Part shown: positions 10,338 through 20,556 of the stretch, in pieces
Layout: each line of letters begins with the position of its first letter
Numbering within the stretch: position 1 is the stretch's first letter
DNA from: Aigarchaeota archaeon
GTDB lineage: Archaea > Thermoproteota > Nitrososphaeria_A > Caldarchaeales > Wolframiiraptoraceae
Assembly (NCBI GenBank): GCA_025059205.1
Contig: JANXDS010000001.1
Span: 76,014-140,013, forward strand
Length of the DNA stretch: 64,000 nt
Reading direction: 5' to 3'
Notes under the pieces: generated by a model
Databases searched by the model: none
Told to the model about the DNA's origin: nothing
The model's input: the letters and a program-made list of their open reading frames with translations, nothing else
Position numbers and translations under genes: made by a program

Positions 10338-11151
10338 GCCTCTTCAGCTCCTCTACTATGCTTTTCACAGCCTCTTCGACCGATATGACTTTAGCGTTAA
10401 AGCCTAAGTCTACTAACCTGGACATCGTTGCAGCCACTTGCGGCATGAGTATTGAACAGCTGCTAAGCAGTTCGCCATCCGTCAGTATGACGTCGGCTCT
10501 ACCATCGGCGACTATTCTTCCCTTTGACATCAGAATAACTCTCGGTCTAAGTTCTGCGACAAACTCCACATCATGCGTCGAGATTATGACGGTCCTTCCC
10601 TGTAAGCTCAGCTGCTTTATCATTTCCTTTAGCTTCTCCTTCTGTGCGCTATCTTGGCCGATGGTAGGCTCATCCATCGCTATGACTTGGGGGTTCCATG
10701 CTAAGATTATCGCGAGGGCCAACCTCTTCTTCTCACCACCGCTTAGCAGAAAGGGAGATCTGTGTTTGTATTCCTCCAGTTCCATGAATCTAAGGGCCCA
10801 GTCTACCCTTTTCTGTACAACGTCTTCGTTAAAGCCCAGATTCCTCAACGAGAAGGCAACTTCTTCCTCGACCGTCGGAAGGAAGAACATATCATCGGCG
10901 TTCTGAAATACCACACCTACAATCCTGGATAGTTGTGCCACGCTAAGTGTCTTGGTGTTCTTCCCGTCTACGTACACGTTGCCGTTAGTGGGCTTTAGGA
11001 GACCGTTCAGATGTTTTATGAACGTAGTCTTGCCAGCACCATTCTCACCCATTAGTGCCACTAGCTCGCCTCTTCCGATTTCGATACTGACACCATTTAG
11101 TGCCCTCACACCCGTCGGGTAAACGTAGGTTACGTTATCGAACCTTATCAT
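10315..11151 (-). CDS. ecfA: ECF transporter ATP-binding protein EcfA'
   Basis: Walker A GENGAGKTT, ABC signature LSGGEKKRL, Walker B IAMDEP. Confidence 0.85.
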   Translation of the reverse strand: MIRFDNVTYVYPTGVRALNGVSIEIGRGELVALMGENGAGKTTFIKHLNGLLKPTNGNVYVDGKNTKTLSVAQLSRIVGVVFQNADDMFFLPTVEEEVAFSLRNLGFNEDVVQKRVDWALRFMELEEYKHRSPFLLSGGEKKRLALAIILAWNPQVIAMDEPTIGQDSAQKEKLKEMIKQLSLQGRTVIISTHDVEFVAELRPRVILMSKGRIVADGRADVILTDGELLSSCSILMPQVAATMSRLVDLGFNAKVISVEEAVKSIVEELKRLEHTRRF

Positions 11152-11989
11152 TGATGAACCTCCTTATGCCCCGCTCGAATTCTTCAGGACTGAGCGGCAT
11201 TTCATTAAACACTTGGATGTGTTTGTTCACACCTTTAGCCATGCCTACAACCTTTGGTACAGGTACGCCGTAAGATATCATTTCATCCGAGACGAAAATT
11301 TCCCTCGGTCTTCCGTCCTTGACTATCCTGCCCTTTTGCATCACGATCACCCTATCCACCTTATCGGCTAACAACTCAACTCTGTGCTCGGCAACTATGA
11401 TGCTAATTCCGAGTTCTTTCTTTATTCTCAGAATCGCCTCGGTTATCGACTTCGCAGATACAGGGTCTAATGAGGACGTGGGCTCGTCGAGTATCATGAG
11501 CTTAGGCATTAGCGCAAGAATCGAGGCAATGGCAACCTTCTGTTGCTGGCCACCCGACAACTCAAAAGGTGACCTCTTCCTCAAATCCTCTATTCCGACC
11601 GCCTTAAGTGCAAAATCCACTCTGCGTCTGATCTCGTCCCTTGGCATGCCCAAGTTCTCGAGCGCGAAGGCTACGTCATTCTCGACGGTCAATGAGAATA
11701 ACTGGTTCTCCGGGTTCTGGAATACCATGCCCACATGCTGGGACAACACATAAGTTGGCGTTTTGGAAACTTCCATGCCTGCGACCACTACTTTCCCATC
11801 AATCTTGCCAGCATAGAAATGTGGTATAAGACCGTTCAGACATCTACAGAGCGTTGACTTCCCGCAACCGCTTGGTCCGAGAAGAAGAACGAACTCTCCC
11901 TCCTCGATGCTGAGGTTTATGTCACTTATAGCAGGAACGTTAGAGCCGTTGTATGTGAATGTTAGCCCTTCGACCTTTACTATCTCCAT
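11135..11989 (-). CDS. ecfA: ECF transporter ATP-binding protein EcfA
   Basis: Walker A GPSGCGKST, signature LSGGQQQKV, Walker B ILDEPTS. It overlaps the next gene and is tandem with a second EcfA. Confidence 0.85.
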   Translation of the reverse strand: MEIVKVEGLTFTYNGSNVPAISDINLSIEEGEFVLLLGPSGCGKSTLCRCLNGLIPHFYAGKIDGKVVVAGMEVSKTPTYVLSQHVGMVFQNPENQLFSLTVENDVAFALENLGMPRDEIRRRVDFALKAVGIEDLRKRSPFELSGGQQQKVAIASILALMPKLMILDEPTSSLDPVSAKSITEAILRIKKELGISIIVAEHRVELLADKVDRVIVMQKGRIVKDGRPREIFVSDEMISYGVPVPKVVGMAKGVNKHIQVFNEMPLSPEEFERGIRRFINDKVR

Positions 11990-11995
11990 TTTCGG

Positions 11996-13009
11996 TTACA
12001 CTCGGCTCAACCTCTCACCGAGCAAGCCTTCTAATAAGTTCAAACATAACTTAATGACCTCTTCTGGCGTTGATTTACAATATGCCCTCGCGGCCATGGC
12101 ATGTCCTCCACCGTAGCCTCCTAACCTTGCGCCAACAATCTGTGCCACATCTTTTCCTAGGTTTATGTTAGTTTTAGTGAAGAAGTCTTGCTGCGACCTC
12201 ATCGACACGGCGACTCCGTCTTTGTACTCGCCAGCTACTATTGAGACGTGACAGCCAAGCGATAGGATGGCCCTAGCGACAGACGTTTGGAAAGAATTCA
12301 CCTGCGAAGTTGCAACCAACCACTCGCAAGCCCTGTATAAGTTCATCCTCATAGCGCCTTTTAGACGTGCTATCCTTTCTGAGATATCGATTGGAACTTC
12401 TATTGCATGTATGCTCTTGGAAGGGTTGACACCAAGCCTTACGAGCTCGCAAACTTTGACCATAGTTTCCGGGTCGGCTATCGACAGTCTCGCGGTGTCA
12501 TAATAGATTCCAAGGAATAGTGCCTCCGCCTCCAACATGTCTAGCTTTACATCCATAAGTTGCAAGACATCCATCATAAGTTCGCAGAGCGCACGATAAT
12601 CTTCAGAAAGGAATGTCAAAAAACCTTGAGGATAACCGCCCTGCGGGGGTATGTGGTGGTCTATAATGCATATTTTACCCTGTAATTTCATGACGTCTTC
12701 GAGGTATTCGCCTACTTGCTCGAGCGAACCAACGTCTACTAGTATCACAGCATCTACATCACCTATGACTTCGCTCTTAACGTCGAGCTTAAGATAATTT
12801 ACCATAGCCTTCACTTGCGCCGACATTTCATCCGGTATGTACACGTGTACCGAAGTGCAGCCTATAACTTCCTCCAGAACTCTCTTGAGAACGTAGGCGG
12901 CACCGACAGCATCAGCATCGCCGCCGACGTGCGTTATTATGGCTACCCTCTTTCCACTCATAGATTTAAGGAAGCTACTGATGCCCCCGGCAAGTGTTCT
13001 GTCCTTCAT
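11996..13009 (-). CDS. DHH-family phosphoesterase (NrnA/RecJ-like oligoribonuclease or pAp-phosphatase type)
   Basis: DHH motif (CIIDHH) and an N-terminal DHH domain with GGDADAVG. Size 337 aa. Confidence 0.7.
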   Translation of the reverse strand: MKDRTLAGGISSFLKSMSGKRVAIITHVGGDADAVGAAYVLKRVLEEVIGCTSVHVYIPDEMSAQVKAMVNYLKLDVKSEVIGDVDAVILVDVGSLEQVGEYLEDVMKLQGKICIIDHHIPPQGGYPQGFLTFLSEDYRALCELMMDVLQLMDVKLDMLEAEALFLGIYYDTARLSIADPETMVKVCELVRLGVNPSKSIHAIEVPIDISERIARLKGAMRMNLYRACEWLVATSQVNSFQTSVARAILSLGCHVSIVAGEYKDGVAVSMRSQQDFFTKTNINLGKDVAQIVGARLGGYGGGHAMAARAYCKSTPEEVIKLCLNLLEGLLGERLSRV

Positions 13010-13365
13010 GACGAGGTCTGCTGGCCGGACATGATTCTTTGTATGTCTTTCTGGACAGATTCTATCTGCGTCCTCATTTTTGCATCTTGCTTCTCCAAGA
13101 TTTTGAGCCTAGTTTCCGTCAGCTCCTTTTTGTCCTTTAGCTCAACCGTAAGCTTGTCCTTGTTCACTTTTACGAGTATTGGGCCTACGGCCTTGTATAC
13201 GATGGCACTCTCGTCGATTTTTTCAAGCTCTTCGAGCGCGCTTTTTATTTCTGCAAGCTCGGCTTCAAGCCTCTGTTTTTCCGCTAATAGAGCACTCAGC
13301 GTCTGCTGGAGCTGTTGTAGCCTGAGAAGTTGCTGCTGAACGTTCGGCGGTATTTCCTTCGACAA
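13006..13365 (-). CDS. pfdB: prefoldin beta subunit
   Basis: 119-aa coiled-coil protein (QQLQ...LEAELAEIK) with a central beta-hairpin region. It sits in the exosome superoperon context. Confidence 0.8.
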   Translation of the reverse strand: MSKEIPPNVQQQLLRLQQLQQTLSALLAEKQRLEAELAEIKSALEELEKIDESAIVYKAVGPILVKVNKDKLTVELKDKKELTETRLKILEKQDAKMRTQIESVQKDIQRIMSGQQTSS

Positions 13366-13436
13366 ACTACCACCCCATAGTAAACTTCTAATAACCCTGG
13401 TCTTCTCTTTTAAAACTTCCCTATAAACGTGTCTTG

Positions 13437-13694
13437 TTAAGCTTTACTGGATGCCAACTCATAAACCTGCAGGGCAGCGTCTATCCAACGTAAAAAGGAG
13501 TTGATGCCGGCCCTCATGGCCGTTAGGTCACTCGCGTTTAATTCCAGGTTAAGGAAATTATCGGAAGCCTCCAATCTCACAGTTACTCTCTTTGACGAGA
13601 GGCTGTCAGCCTCGATCTTTAACGCCCGAGCGATGACTTCCGACGCGTTCTCGTTTATCGGTATGGATATTCTGACCTTTAAATGTCGTTCCAT
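13437..13694 (-). CDS. pcc1: KEOPS complex subunit Pcc1
   Basis: 85 aa. The C-terminal MRAGINSFLRWIDAALQV matches the conserved Pcc1 helix. It occupies the superoperon position next to L37ae. Confidence 0.7.
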   Translation of the reverse strand: MERHLKVRISIPINENASEVIARALKIEADSLSSKRVTVRLEASDNFLNLELNASDLTAMRAGINSFLRWIDAALQVYELASSKA

Positions 13695-13700
13695 GTCCCA

Positions 13701-13925
13701 CTACTTTTTCGAAACGTATGGTGTATATGCGCCGCCTGCAAAGGTGTAACCGCACTTGCGACAGCTCCATACACCGATAAACTTCCGCTTGACGGCCATG
13801 ACACCGCACTTTGGGCACTCATAGGTTGCCTTTTGTTGTTGTTCTATCTCAAGCAGCCTCTTCCTTAAGGTCGCACCGTATCTCGCACCGAATCGTTTGA
13901 CGGTATTTCCGACTTTATTACCCAA
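13701..13925 (-). CDS. rpl37ae: 50S ribosomal protein L37Ae
   Basis: 74 aa with a C4 zinc ribbon CPKCG...CRKCG. Confidence 0.9.
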   Translation of the reverse strand: MGNKVGNTVKRFGARYGATLRKRLLEIEQQQKATYECPKCGVMAVKRKFIGVWSCRKCGYTFAGGAYTPYVSKK

Positions 13926-14739
13926 CCCCTACGACCTCCTTAAACTGCGCCCTGATCTTGCGTATTTGTTCTTCTGCAACATCTATTATACTTTCCACCA
14001 AAGAAAGCGGTATATGTCCCGGAGAGTTCTTCTGTATCGCGACGACGTTAGATGCACTATCCATACACACGACGACCGAGGTATCTAAGGAGTCCTCTTC
14101 AACCAAACAAGGGTCTACTAGCAGCTTGTCTTTGATTATGCCTATGGTCGACGAAAGAGGCACGTCCCTAATAGGCACCTTTATGTACTCGCCCTCGATC
14201 TTCTCGCCAGTGGCCGAATACTTTGGCATGGTACAGGTCGCCAAAGCAGCCATCGCAGATATAACCGCCGGGTCGAAATAGTTACCATCATAATCCAACA
14301 CGTATATGTCTATGTATAAGACATAGGCTGTTTTTCCTGGAACGATGCAGAGTTTCTCGAGGTCTATCGCCTTTCCTTCGCGTATACATCTGTCCACAAC
14401 TCTCGCCAGCTCTATGCCCCTCTCATCGGGTGGACCTGGCTCGAAACTTTTGGATGCGAGCGGTAATAGCTCGGCATTAACGGAGAAGACACCCTCGTTA
14501 GGTCTATCGCTATAGGGCGTACCGAGCTCAACTTTTATTCCCGTAAGTATCCTCGTGCTTCCCATAGATACTAACGCCGAGCCGTTTGCCTTCTCCACAA
14601 CGTTTGTCTGTATCGTTATCTTCCTAAACTCGTACGGCGATCTCTCGTCTATCCTCTTTCCCTGCTGGAGTAGCTTGTATATCTTTTCGCTCATTATTTT
14701 TACAGTGAATGACTTTTCTTTGAGTGGAAGGAATGACAT
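13918..14739 (-). CDS. rrp42: exosome complex component Rrp42 (RNase PH-like, inactive subunit)
   Basis: 273 aa with an RNase PH fold. It lies immediately downstream of rrp41. Confidence 0.85.
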   Translation of the reverse strand: MSFLPLKEKSFTVKIMSEKIYKLLQQGKRIDERSPYEFRKITIQTNVVEKANGSALVSMGSTRILTGIKVELGTPYSDRPNEGVFSVNAELLPLASKSFEPGPPDERGIELARVVDRCIREGKAIDLEKLCIVPGKTAYVLYIDIYVLDYDGNYFDPAVISAMAALATCTMPKYSATGEKIEGEYIKVPIRDVPLSSTIGIIKDKLLVDPCLVEEDSLDTSVVVCMDSASNVVAIQKNSPGHIPLSLVESIIDVAEEQIRKIRAQFKEVVGVG

Positions 14740-14742
14740 GGC

Positions 14743-15495
14743 TTAAACCTCCGTAGTGCTAATCCCATATCTTCTCCTAAGAGCTTCACGTTGGGCCTGG
14801 TAAATCTTCTGGATGCCCATCTGGGCTAGCTCGAGTCCTTGCTTAAACTCATCTTTCGTCATCTTTCCGTTTAGTTGGAGCAATACAACGGTGTTTGAGC
14901 TAGGTGCTATACCAACCGGCATATCGGCCTCTCCATACTTATCCTCTATATCTGAAGGGTCTAGGATAATGGTTCCGTCCACCTTACCGACAGCCACCGC
15001 CGCTATCAACTCCCTCATCGGTATGCCTGCATCTGCCAAGGCGAGTGAGGCAGCCGTAAGCCCCGCGGTCCTTGTGCCACCATCAGCCTGTACAACCTCC
15101 ACGAACACGTCTATGGCCGATCTTGGGAACTCTTCAAGGAACACGACAGACTCGAGCGCATCCCTTATGACCTTAGAGAGCTCTATCTCCCTCCTCGTCA
15201 TGCCGAGGATTTTTCGTTCATCCGTGCTAAAGGACGTCATGTGGTACCTACAGTTGAGTATCGCCCTATCCGGTATAGCTAGGTGCTTCGGATGAGCCTC
15301 TTTTGGTCCATATACGGCAGCATACACCTTCGTCTTGCCCAGCTCCACGTACGCAGAACCATCGCTCTTCTCCAGAACGCTAACCTCTATCTTTAGGGGT
15401 CTTAGATCCGTCGGGCCCCTTCCATCCAACCTTTTACCGTTCTCGTCAATGAGCTTAGGCTTTATCATCTGCGTCATATGAAACCTCACCACCAA
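14743..15495 (-). CDS. rrp41: exosome complex exonuclease Rrp41 (RNase PH-like, catalytic subunit)
   Basis: [15 protein letters not shown]...[14 protein letters not shown] RNase PH motifs. The true start is probably internal, because the listed start overlaps the rrp4 3' end by about 40 nt. Confidence 0.88.
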   Translation of the reverse strand: MVVRFHMTQMIKPKLIDENGKRLDGRGPTDLRPLKIEVSVLEKSDGSAYVELGKTKVYAAVYGPKEAHPKHLAIPDRAILNCRYHMTSFSTDERKILGMTRREIELSKVIRDALESVVFLEEFPRSAIDVFVEVVQADGGTRTAGLTAASLALADAGIPMRELIAAVAVGKVDGTIILDPSDIEDKYGEADMPVGIAPSSNTVVLLQLNGKMTKDEFKQGLELAQMGIQKIYQAQREALRRRYGISTTEV

Positions 15496-16153
15496 CCAAC
15501 TTGCTTACGTATGCCATAACTTTATCAGTCAAGCCTTGGGAGTGTGCCTCCCTTTCTATAAGCCTTATCGCGGATATCGCGGCAAACTCTTTCGCGGGTG
15601 ATGGACCGTTTACGATTATAAAACCGTTTGTGCCGACTACTATGTTGCATCCAGTAATCTTCTTAAGCATGTTTATCATAGAGCCCCTCTTTCCTATCAG
15701 CCTAGGTATCTTCGTAGGAGTCATCATCAGAAGCACGCCCTCGTTTATCTTCTTAAATTGTTCGTTCACCTCCAGCAAAACTCCTTTAAGCCCACTGCTT
15801 GCAACCCTCGCATAAATAACATCCCCAACTTTTAAGTCGAGCGATACGAGTTCCTTTGCATTCTTAACTTTAAGCAACGCCGTCACGTAACCTCCAAGGT
15901 CGACCTCCACGCCTATCGGTTTTATATCCGATACTATGCCGATGACCATGTCACCAACCATCGGCTTATAAGGTCCTCTGAACGTTATGACCTCTACTTT
16001 TCCATCCCTTATCGTTGCCGCGCCGACCGTGGAAGCGTAAACTTTTCCATTCATGACATATGTGCCCTCGCCAGCCCTCCTGCTATCATCGGACAGAAGT
16101 TGTCCTGGCAAAACAATTTCTCTATCGTTAAAGTAAATAGGCATGCGCACCAC
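15455..16153 (-). CDS. rrp4: exosome RNA-binding subunit Rrp4 (S1 + KH domains)
   Basis: An S1-like middle domain and a C-terminal KH domain with [10 protein letters not shown] (GxxG). Confidence 0.85.
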   Translation of the reverse strand: MVRMPIYFNDREIVLPGQLLSDDSRRAGEGTYVMNGKVYASTVGAATIRDGKVEVITFRGPYKPMVGDMVIGIVSDIKPIGVEVDLGGYVTALLKVKNAKELVSLDLKVGDVIYARVASSGLKGVLLEVNEQFKKINEGVLLMMTPTKIPRLIGKRGSMINMLKKITGCNIVVGTNGFIIVNGPSPAKEFAAISAIRLIEREAHSQGLTDKVMAYVSKLVGGEVSYDADDKA

Positions 16154-16849
16154 CTACTCTATAGGTCTTGCTTCTGCTCTTCCCGAACAGAGCTTGTTGA
16201 GCTTCTCTATTAGGTCAGCCTGAAGACCAACCATCACTTCAACTTCGCCGACCCAGCTACCGTCACCTTTATACTCTTCCTTTATTATCTTCCCGACGTT
16301 CTTCAAAAGACCGTACGCCTTACCTACAAACTCGCCGGGCACCCTGACGTACATTCTCGCCATGCCTACCTTCATCGGTAGTATCGGGCTAAGCTTCTCT
16401 ATAACTTTCGTTGCTTGCTCTTTTGCGTCAATGAACGGGTCTATCGATACGCCTGCTTGTTCCATAGCCAGCTCGATTCTCTGCGGTGGATGGGGTAACC
16501 TCGTCCTCGGGTCGACCGCGTTCTTGGATATGAACTCTATTATTTGCCTCTTCTTTTCCTCTATCAGTCTATGCCTTTGCTCGGACGTTATCTGTAGGGT
16601 CCCCTCGGTGAGTATCTTGGTAGCTATAGCCAGCTTGTCCTTCGTCTTAAAAGTCTTCAGCAATTGTTCCTCCGATGCCCTTATGCCCTTCTTAGCGTCG
16701 GTGTAGATCTCTTCGTATATAAGAACCTTCGAGATGGGAACCTTTTCGCCCATCTTGTACTTGAGCGCGTTATCCGGGTCTACGAGTATCTCGAACGTTT
16801 CACCGCGTACTAACCTTGCGATAGTATACGACTCCTTTTGTTTTGTCAT
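16154..16849 (-). CDS. sdo1: ribosome maturation protein SDO1/SBDS homologue
   Basis: 231 aa with an FYSH N-terminal domain (YTIARLVRGETFEILVDPDNALKYKMGE). Confidence 0.85.
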   Translation of the reverse strand: MTKQKESYTIARLVRGETFEILVDPDNALKYKMGEKVPISKVLIYEEIYTDAKKGIRASEEQLLKTFKTKDKLAIATKILTEGTLQITSEQRHRLIEEKKRQIIEFISKNAVDPRTRLPHPPQRIELAMEQAGVSIDPFIDAKEQATKVIEKLSPILPMKVGMARMYVRVPGEFVGKAYGLLKNVGKIIKEEYKGDGSWVGEVEVMVGLQADLIEKLNKLCSGRAEARPIE

Positions 16850-16862
16850 TCTAAAAACCCGA

Positions 16863-17612
16863 CTATTTCAAAACATGGGATCTGTATTTTTCCATCATCT
16901 CTTTGATGTACTTGTCAAGCTCCGAGGGCGGCATAGGCGAATACTTCCTAGTGGACGTGGGTATCGTGACGAGCCTAATGGTCCATCCTTCATCTATCTT
17001 CTCAGCTTGGATTATCAAGGACGCGACGGCTAACCTTATGGCATCCTCTAGGCTTATGTCGTTTCTGTAGTTCGCCTCCAAGAACTCCTTTACTTTGTCG
17101 GCACCCCTTCCTATAGACCACGAAAAGTACTCCAAAACTAGACCGCTTGGTTCTGTGTAGAATACGTGCGGGCCAGTCTTGTCAACACCGCCGATCAACA
17201 GAGCAGCACCAAACGGTCTCACGCCTGCGTGTTGTGTATACATCTGCATAATGTCCCCGACCCTCTTTCCGATAGCCTCTACTGTCGCTGCATCGTCGTA
17301 TGAGAGCCTTATTATCTGCGCGTATATTCTTGCATTATCCACCAAAACTCTCGCATCGGAGTTTAGACCTGCAGCTGCCGCCCCTATGTGTTCGTCAATC
17401 TGGAAAAGCTTCCATGAATATTCCGGATTCTGGAGCTTTGTATGCATCCTTTCCTCAACTGCTAAAACAACGCCCTCTTTCGATGTTATGGCAACGACTG
17501 TAGAACCAGACCTTACAGTCTCGAGGGCATACTCTACCTGGTACAATCTTCCTTGTGGCGAGAAGACAGTAATCGCTCTGTCGTAAGCTCCCGCTATACC
17601 TAACGCTGCCAT
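16863..17612 (-). CDS. psmA: proteasome alpha subunit
   Basis: YDRAITVFSPQGRLYQVEYALE N-terminal alpha-subunit signature. Size 249 aa. Confidence 0.9.
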   Translation of the reverse strand: MAALGIAGAYDRAITVFSPQGRLYQVEYALETVRSGSTVVAITSKEGVVLAVEERMHTKLQNPEYSWKLFQIDEHIGAAAAGLNSDARVLVDNARIYAQIIRLSYDDAATVEAIGKRVGDIMQMYTQHAGVRPFGAALLIGGVDKTGPHVFYTEPSGLVLEYFSWSIGRGADKVKEFLEANYRNDISLEDAIRLAVASLIIQAEKIDEGWTIRLVTIPTSTRKYSPMPPSELDKYIKEMMEKYRSHVLK

Positions 17613-17722
17613 CTTATATCTATCCCCTTATTTCTAAAAATTGGAAGTATTTTGGCATTAATTAAACATATCTCCCATTAAAAGTTCTTGATTTGCCGGC
17701 TGATACGCGTACAGTGCCAGCC

Positions 17723-18394
17723 TCAGTCTTCTTTATTTAGTATTCTTACTTCGCACTTGGCCAGCTTTTTGAACTGCTCAGCATCCTTTTCTGAGCCGAC
17801 TATCGCGCCGTAGTGCATGGGTATGGCAAGCTTCGGCATTATGGTGTTCGCGGCAGAAGCAGCCTCCTCAGCCGTCATGACGTACGTTCCGCTGACCGGA
17901 ACCAAGAAAACATCTACCTTTAATTCCTTCATCTCCGGTATAAAATCCGAGTCGCCTGTATGGTATATGCTTATGCCCTTCATGTTAACTATGTAGCCGA
18001 CACCGCCCGCATCCTTTGGATGAAATGGCCTTCCAGGTTCCCTGAATTTCGTAATGTTATACGCAGGTACGGCCTTTATCTTTATACCGTCGACCTCAAG
18101 CTCATCACCAGGCTTCACGTACTTTATCTCCTTTGCCTTCACTCTTCCCAACTGGTTTGCACAAGGTTTAGCAGCTATTATCACACACTTCTCAGAAGAT
18201 ATCTTGTTGATATCATCAACACTGAGATGATCAAAATGCTCGTGCGTTATTAAGATTATATCCGCCATCTCTTTTCCCTTTATCTTGTAAGGGTCTATGT
18301 AGATCGTTTTGTCGTCTTTCAACCTGAAAGCATCGTGACCGAGCCAGCTTATCTTAACGCCCCCAAACTCTGTTGGCATACCGTACAACCCCAC
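17723..18394 (-). CDS. metallo-beta-lactamase-fold metal-dependent hydrolase (UPF0173-like)
   Basis: HEHFDH metal-binding motif. Size 223 aa. Confidence 0.7.
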   Translation of the reverse strand: MGLYGMPTEFGGVKISWLGHDAFRLKDDKTIYIDPYKIKGKEMADIILITHEHFDHLSVDDINKISSEKCVIIAAKPCANQLGRVKAKEIKYVKPGDELEVDGIKIKAVPAYNITKFREPGRPFHPKDAGGVGYIVNMKGISIYHTGDSDFIPEMKELKVDVFLVPVSGTYVMTAEEAASAANTIMPKLAIPMHYGAIVGSEKDAEQFKKLAKCEVRILNKED

Positions 18395-18423
18395 ATTTAT
18401 TCCGAAGACTATGCTTAAAAAAG

Positions 18424-19299
18424 TTACGTCACCATGTTAAGCATCTCGATGAAGGCAAGTATCGCCGTGTAGTCAAGGTCACCGTACCGCTTTCCTGCTG
18501 CCCTATAGATCTGCTCAGCCAGCGACGCGAAAGGTAGGACGACGGAGAGTTCCTTAGCCGTCTCGTTTATTAGCCTAAGATCCTTCAACATCATATCGAG
18601 TGCAAAGGTCTTTTCGAACTTACCCTGCACCATCTTCGGCCCTTTCCTCTCGCTTAAACCTGTTCTGTACTCGGTCGAGTTAAGGACCTCTACGAAGGTG
18701 CTTGGGTCTACGCCCGAGGCCTTAGCCAACACAATACCCTCAGAGACCGCCACCGCGGTTAAGGCTACCTGCAGATTTAAGGCGAGCTTCAGGGCGTTCG
18801 CCTTTCCCTGACCGCCTATGTAGAATATCTTAGACGCGATGGCATCTAGCACGTCCTTGATGAGCTCATAGTGTTGCCCGCTACCGCTAACTAATATGAC
18901 GAGCATGCCACGCTCTGCCAGCGGAGGCCCGCCCATCACCGGTGTGTCCAGCATGACTATGCCTTCCCTCTCAAGTCTGCTAGATATCCTGACCGCCTCC
19001 GACGGGCTTATTGTGCTTACGTTCGCTACCACAACGTTCTTCCGAGCGCTGTAGGCTATGCCCCCTTCACCGAACATCACGCTTTCGAGTGCCACGGCAT
19101 CCTTCAGTATCGTCAGGACGACATCGGAGCTTTCCGCTACTTGCCTCGGTGTCTCCGCAACTTTTACGCCTATCGGTGCCAACTCCTCGACCTTACTCCT
19201 AGTCCTGTTAAACCCCAAAACTTCGTATCCTTTGCTGATTAACCTTCTAGCAATCGCGCTTCCCATCAATCCTGTTCCTATTATACCTACCTTACGCAT
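18424..19299 (-). CDS. NAD(P)-dependent oxidoreductase, 3-hydroxyisobutyrate/6-phosphogluconate dehydrogenase-like
   Basis: N-terminal GIIGTGLMGSAIARRL Rossmann motif. Size 291 aa. Confidence 0.7.
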   Translation of the reverse strand: MRKVGIIGTGLMGSAIARRLISKGYEVLGFNRTRSKVEELAPIGVKVAETPRQVAESSDVVLTILKDAVALESVMFGEGGIAYSARKNVVVANVSTISPSEAVRISSRLEREGIVMLDTPVMGGPPLAERGMLVILVSGSGQHYELIKDVLDAIASKIFYIGGQGKANALKLALNLQVALTAVAVSEGIVLAKASGVDPSTFVEVLNSTEYRTGLSERKGPKMVQGKFEKTFALDMMLKDLRLINETAKELSVVLPFASLAEQIYRAAGKRYGDLDYTAILAFIEMLNMVT

Positions 19300-19350
19300 A
19301 CATTAAAGAAACTAATCAGCACTTTTATCTTTGCTTTACTGGGCACCCGT

Positions 19351-19560
19351 TCAAACCGTTGACTTTTGCTTCTCAAACCGTTCTCTACGTAGCACAAAGA
19401 TTATGCCTACGCCACCAGCTACGATGAGCGAAGAGTACGTTACAGAAAGTACGAGAATCTCGTACCACTGAATGTTTTGCAATAGCACGAGCAGTGTCGG
19501 AAGACCTACGGCGCCTATGAGTATAATGAATTTGTATTGTAACAGTAGTCTTCTTCGCAT
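19351..19560 (-). CDS. small hypothetical protein with two predicted TM helices
   Basis: Two hydrophobic stretches in 69 aa. The only evidence is an ORF of plausible placement. Confidence 0.25.
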   Translation of the reverse strand: MRRRLLLQYKFIILIGAVGLPTLLVLLQNIQWYEILVLSVTYSSLIVAGGVGIIFVLRRERFEKQKSTV

Positions 19561-19608
19561 GAAGCGGCTTTAATTCTAATGCCCTATAAACTTTTACCAA
19601 AAACTACT

Positions 19609-20277
19609 CTAAAGCTTCAAGTTCAACCTTCTTTTTTCTTGACCGTAGCCTTTCAGGTATGCCTCTCTAAGCTTCCTCACTTCTTCAGCATCAAAGGGTT
19701 TTGCATAACCTAAGGAGCTTGCAAGAATGAACGTCCTCGCTTCGTCCTCTATCAACAAAGCTGTCTGGAATGCATCCTCTAAGGAATCACCGACCGCGAT
19801 TACGCCATGGTTCCTCAACAAAACCGCCTTTCCTTCACCCAGTGTCTTAACGACTTCTTCTGCAAACTCATGCGTGCCCGACGTGACGTAGCGTGTGACG
19901 GGTACTTTGTGACCTACAGCTGACGCAAACTCGGAGGTTAGCACCGGTATTTCCTGTCCGGCGACAGCTAATGCGGTTGCGTAATGCGAGTGTGTATGTA
20001 TTACTGCATTTACATCTTCTCTTACTTTGTAAATCAGGCTATGAACGGGCACTTCCGATGAAGGTTTCCATTTACCCTTGAGGACTTTGCCATGCAGGTC
20101 CATCAGAATGATGTCGCTCGGCTTCAGCGCTACCTTCTCGAAACCACTTGGTGTTATAAGCATCTTGTCTTTACCAAACCTTGCGCTTATGTTGCCCCAG
20201 GTCCCGGATAGGAGCCTATACTCGAAAGCCTTCTTTCCTACAGACACCAACTTCCTCCTAAGTTCTTGCTCCGACAT
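19609..20277 (-). CDS. class II aldolase/adducin-family protein (fuculose-phosphate aldolase / MTRu-1-P dehydratase-like)
   Basis: Metal-binding His triad context HTHSHYATA in a 222-aa aldolase_II fold. Confidence 0.72.
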   Translation of the reverse strand: MSEQELRRKLVSVGKKAFEYRLLSGTWGNISARFGKDKMLITPSGFEKVALKPSDIILMDLHGKVLKGKWKPSSEVPVHSLIYKVREDVNAVIHTHSHYATALAVAGQEIPVLTSEFASAVGHKVPVTRYVTSGTHEFAEEVVKTLGEGKAVLLRNHGVIAVGDSLEDAFQTALLIEDEARTFILASSLGYAKPFDAEEVRKLREAYLKGYGQEKRRLNLKL

Positions 20278-20355
20278 CTTCGCGGATGTCCCTAATCCTA
20301 AGCGAGCATAATAAACATTCTCTTACTCGTAATATGTAAAAAATAAAATGGGGGG

Positions 20356-20556
20356 CTAGGCGCTTCGGCTCGTCTTTTCCATCTCTTCCGATATGTGCCT
20401 CAGCAACCAGTCGTTCATGAATTGGCTGAAGCTCAAAGGTCTTCTACGTTCTTCGATCATCTTTTGGACTAGCTTTCGATGCAATCCTTCAAGATACTCG
20501 GCGACCTGCGGGTCAACGGTTATCGTCATCTTAACCTTAGCTGGAGGCATACCCAT
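20356..20556 (-). CDS. small ribbon-helix-helix (CopG/Arc/MetJ-like) protein, translationally coupled to the upstream capsid gene
   Basis: KVKMTITVDPQVAEYLEGLHRKL fits the RHH beta-strand plus helix. Its ATG overlaps the TGA of the capsid gene (TGATG on the minus strand). Confidence 0.45.
   Translation of the reverse strand: MGMPPAKVKMTITVDPQVAEYLEGLHRKLVQKMIEERRRPLSFSQFMNDWLLRHISEEMEKTSRSA

Noticed and set aside
10358-13339. Long antisense ORFs inside ecfA, ecfA' and the DHH gene (10358..10906, 11319..11753, 11641..11829, 12815..13339)
   Set aside because: These are shadow ORFs opposite well-supported genes, Ser/Leu-rich with low complexity and no domain signals.
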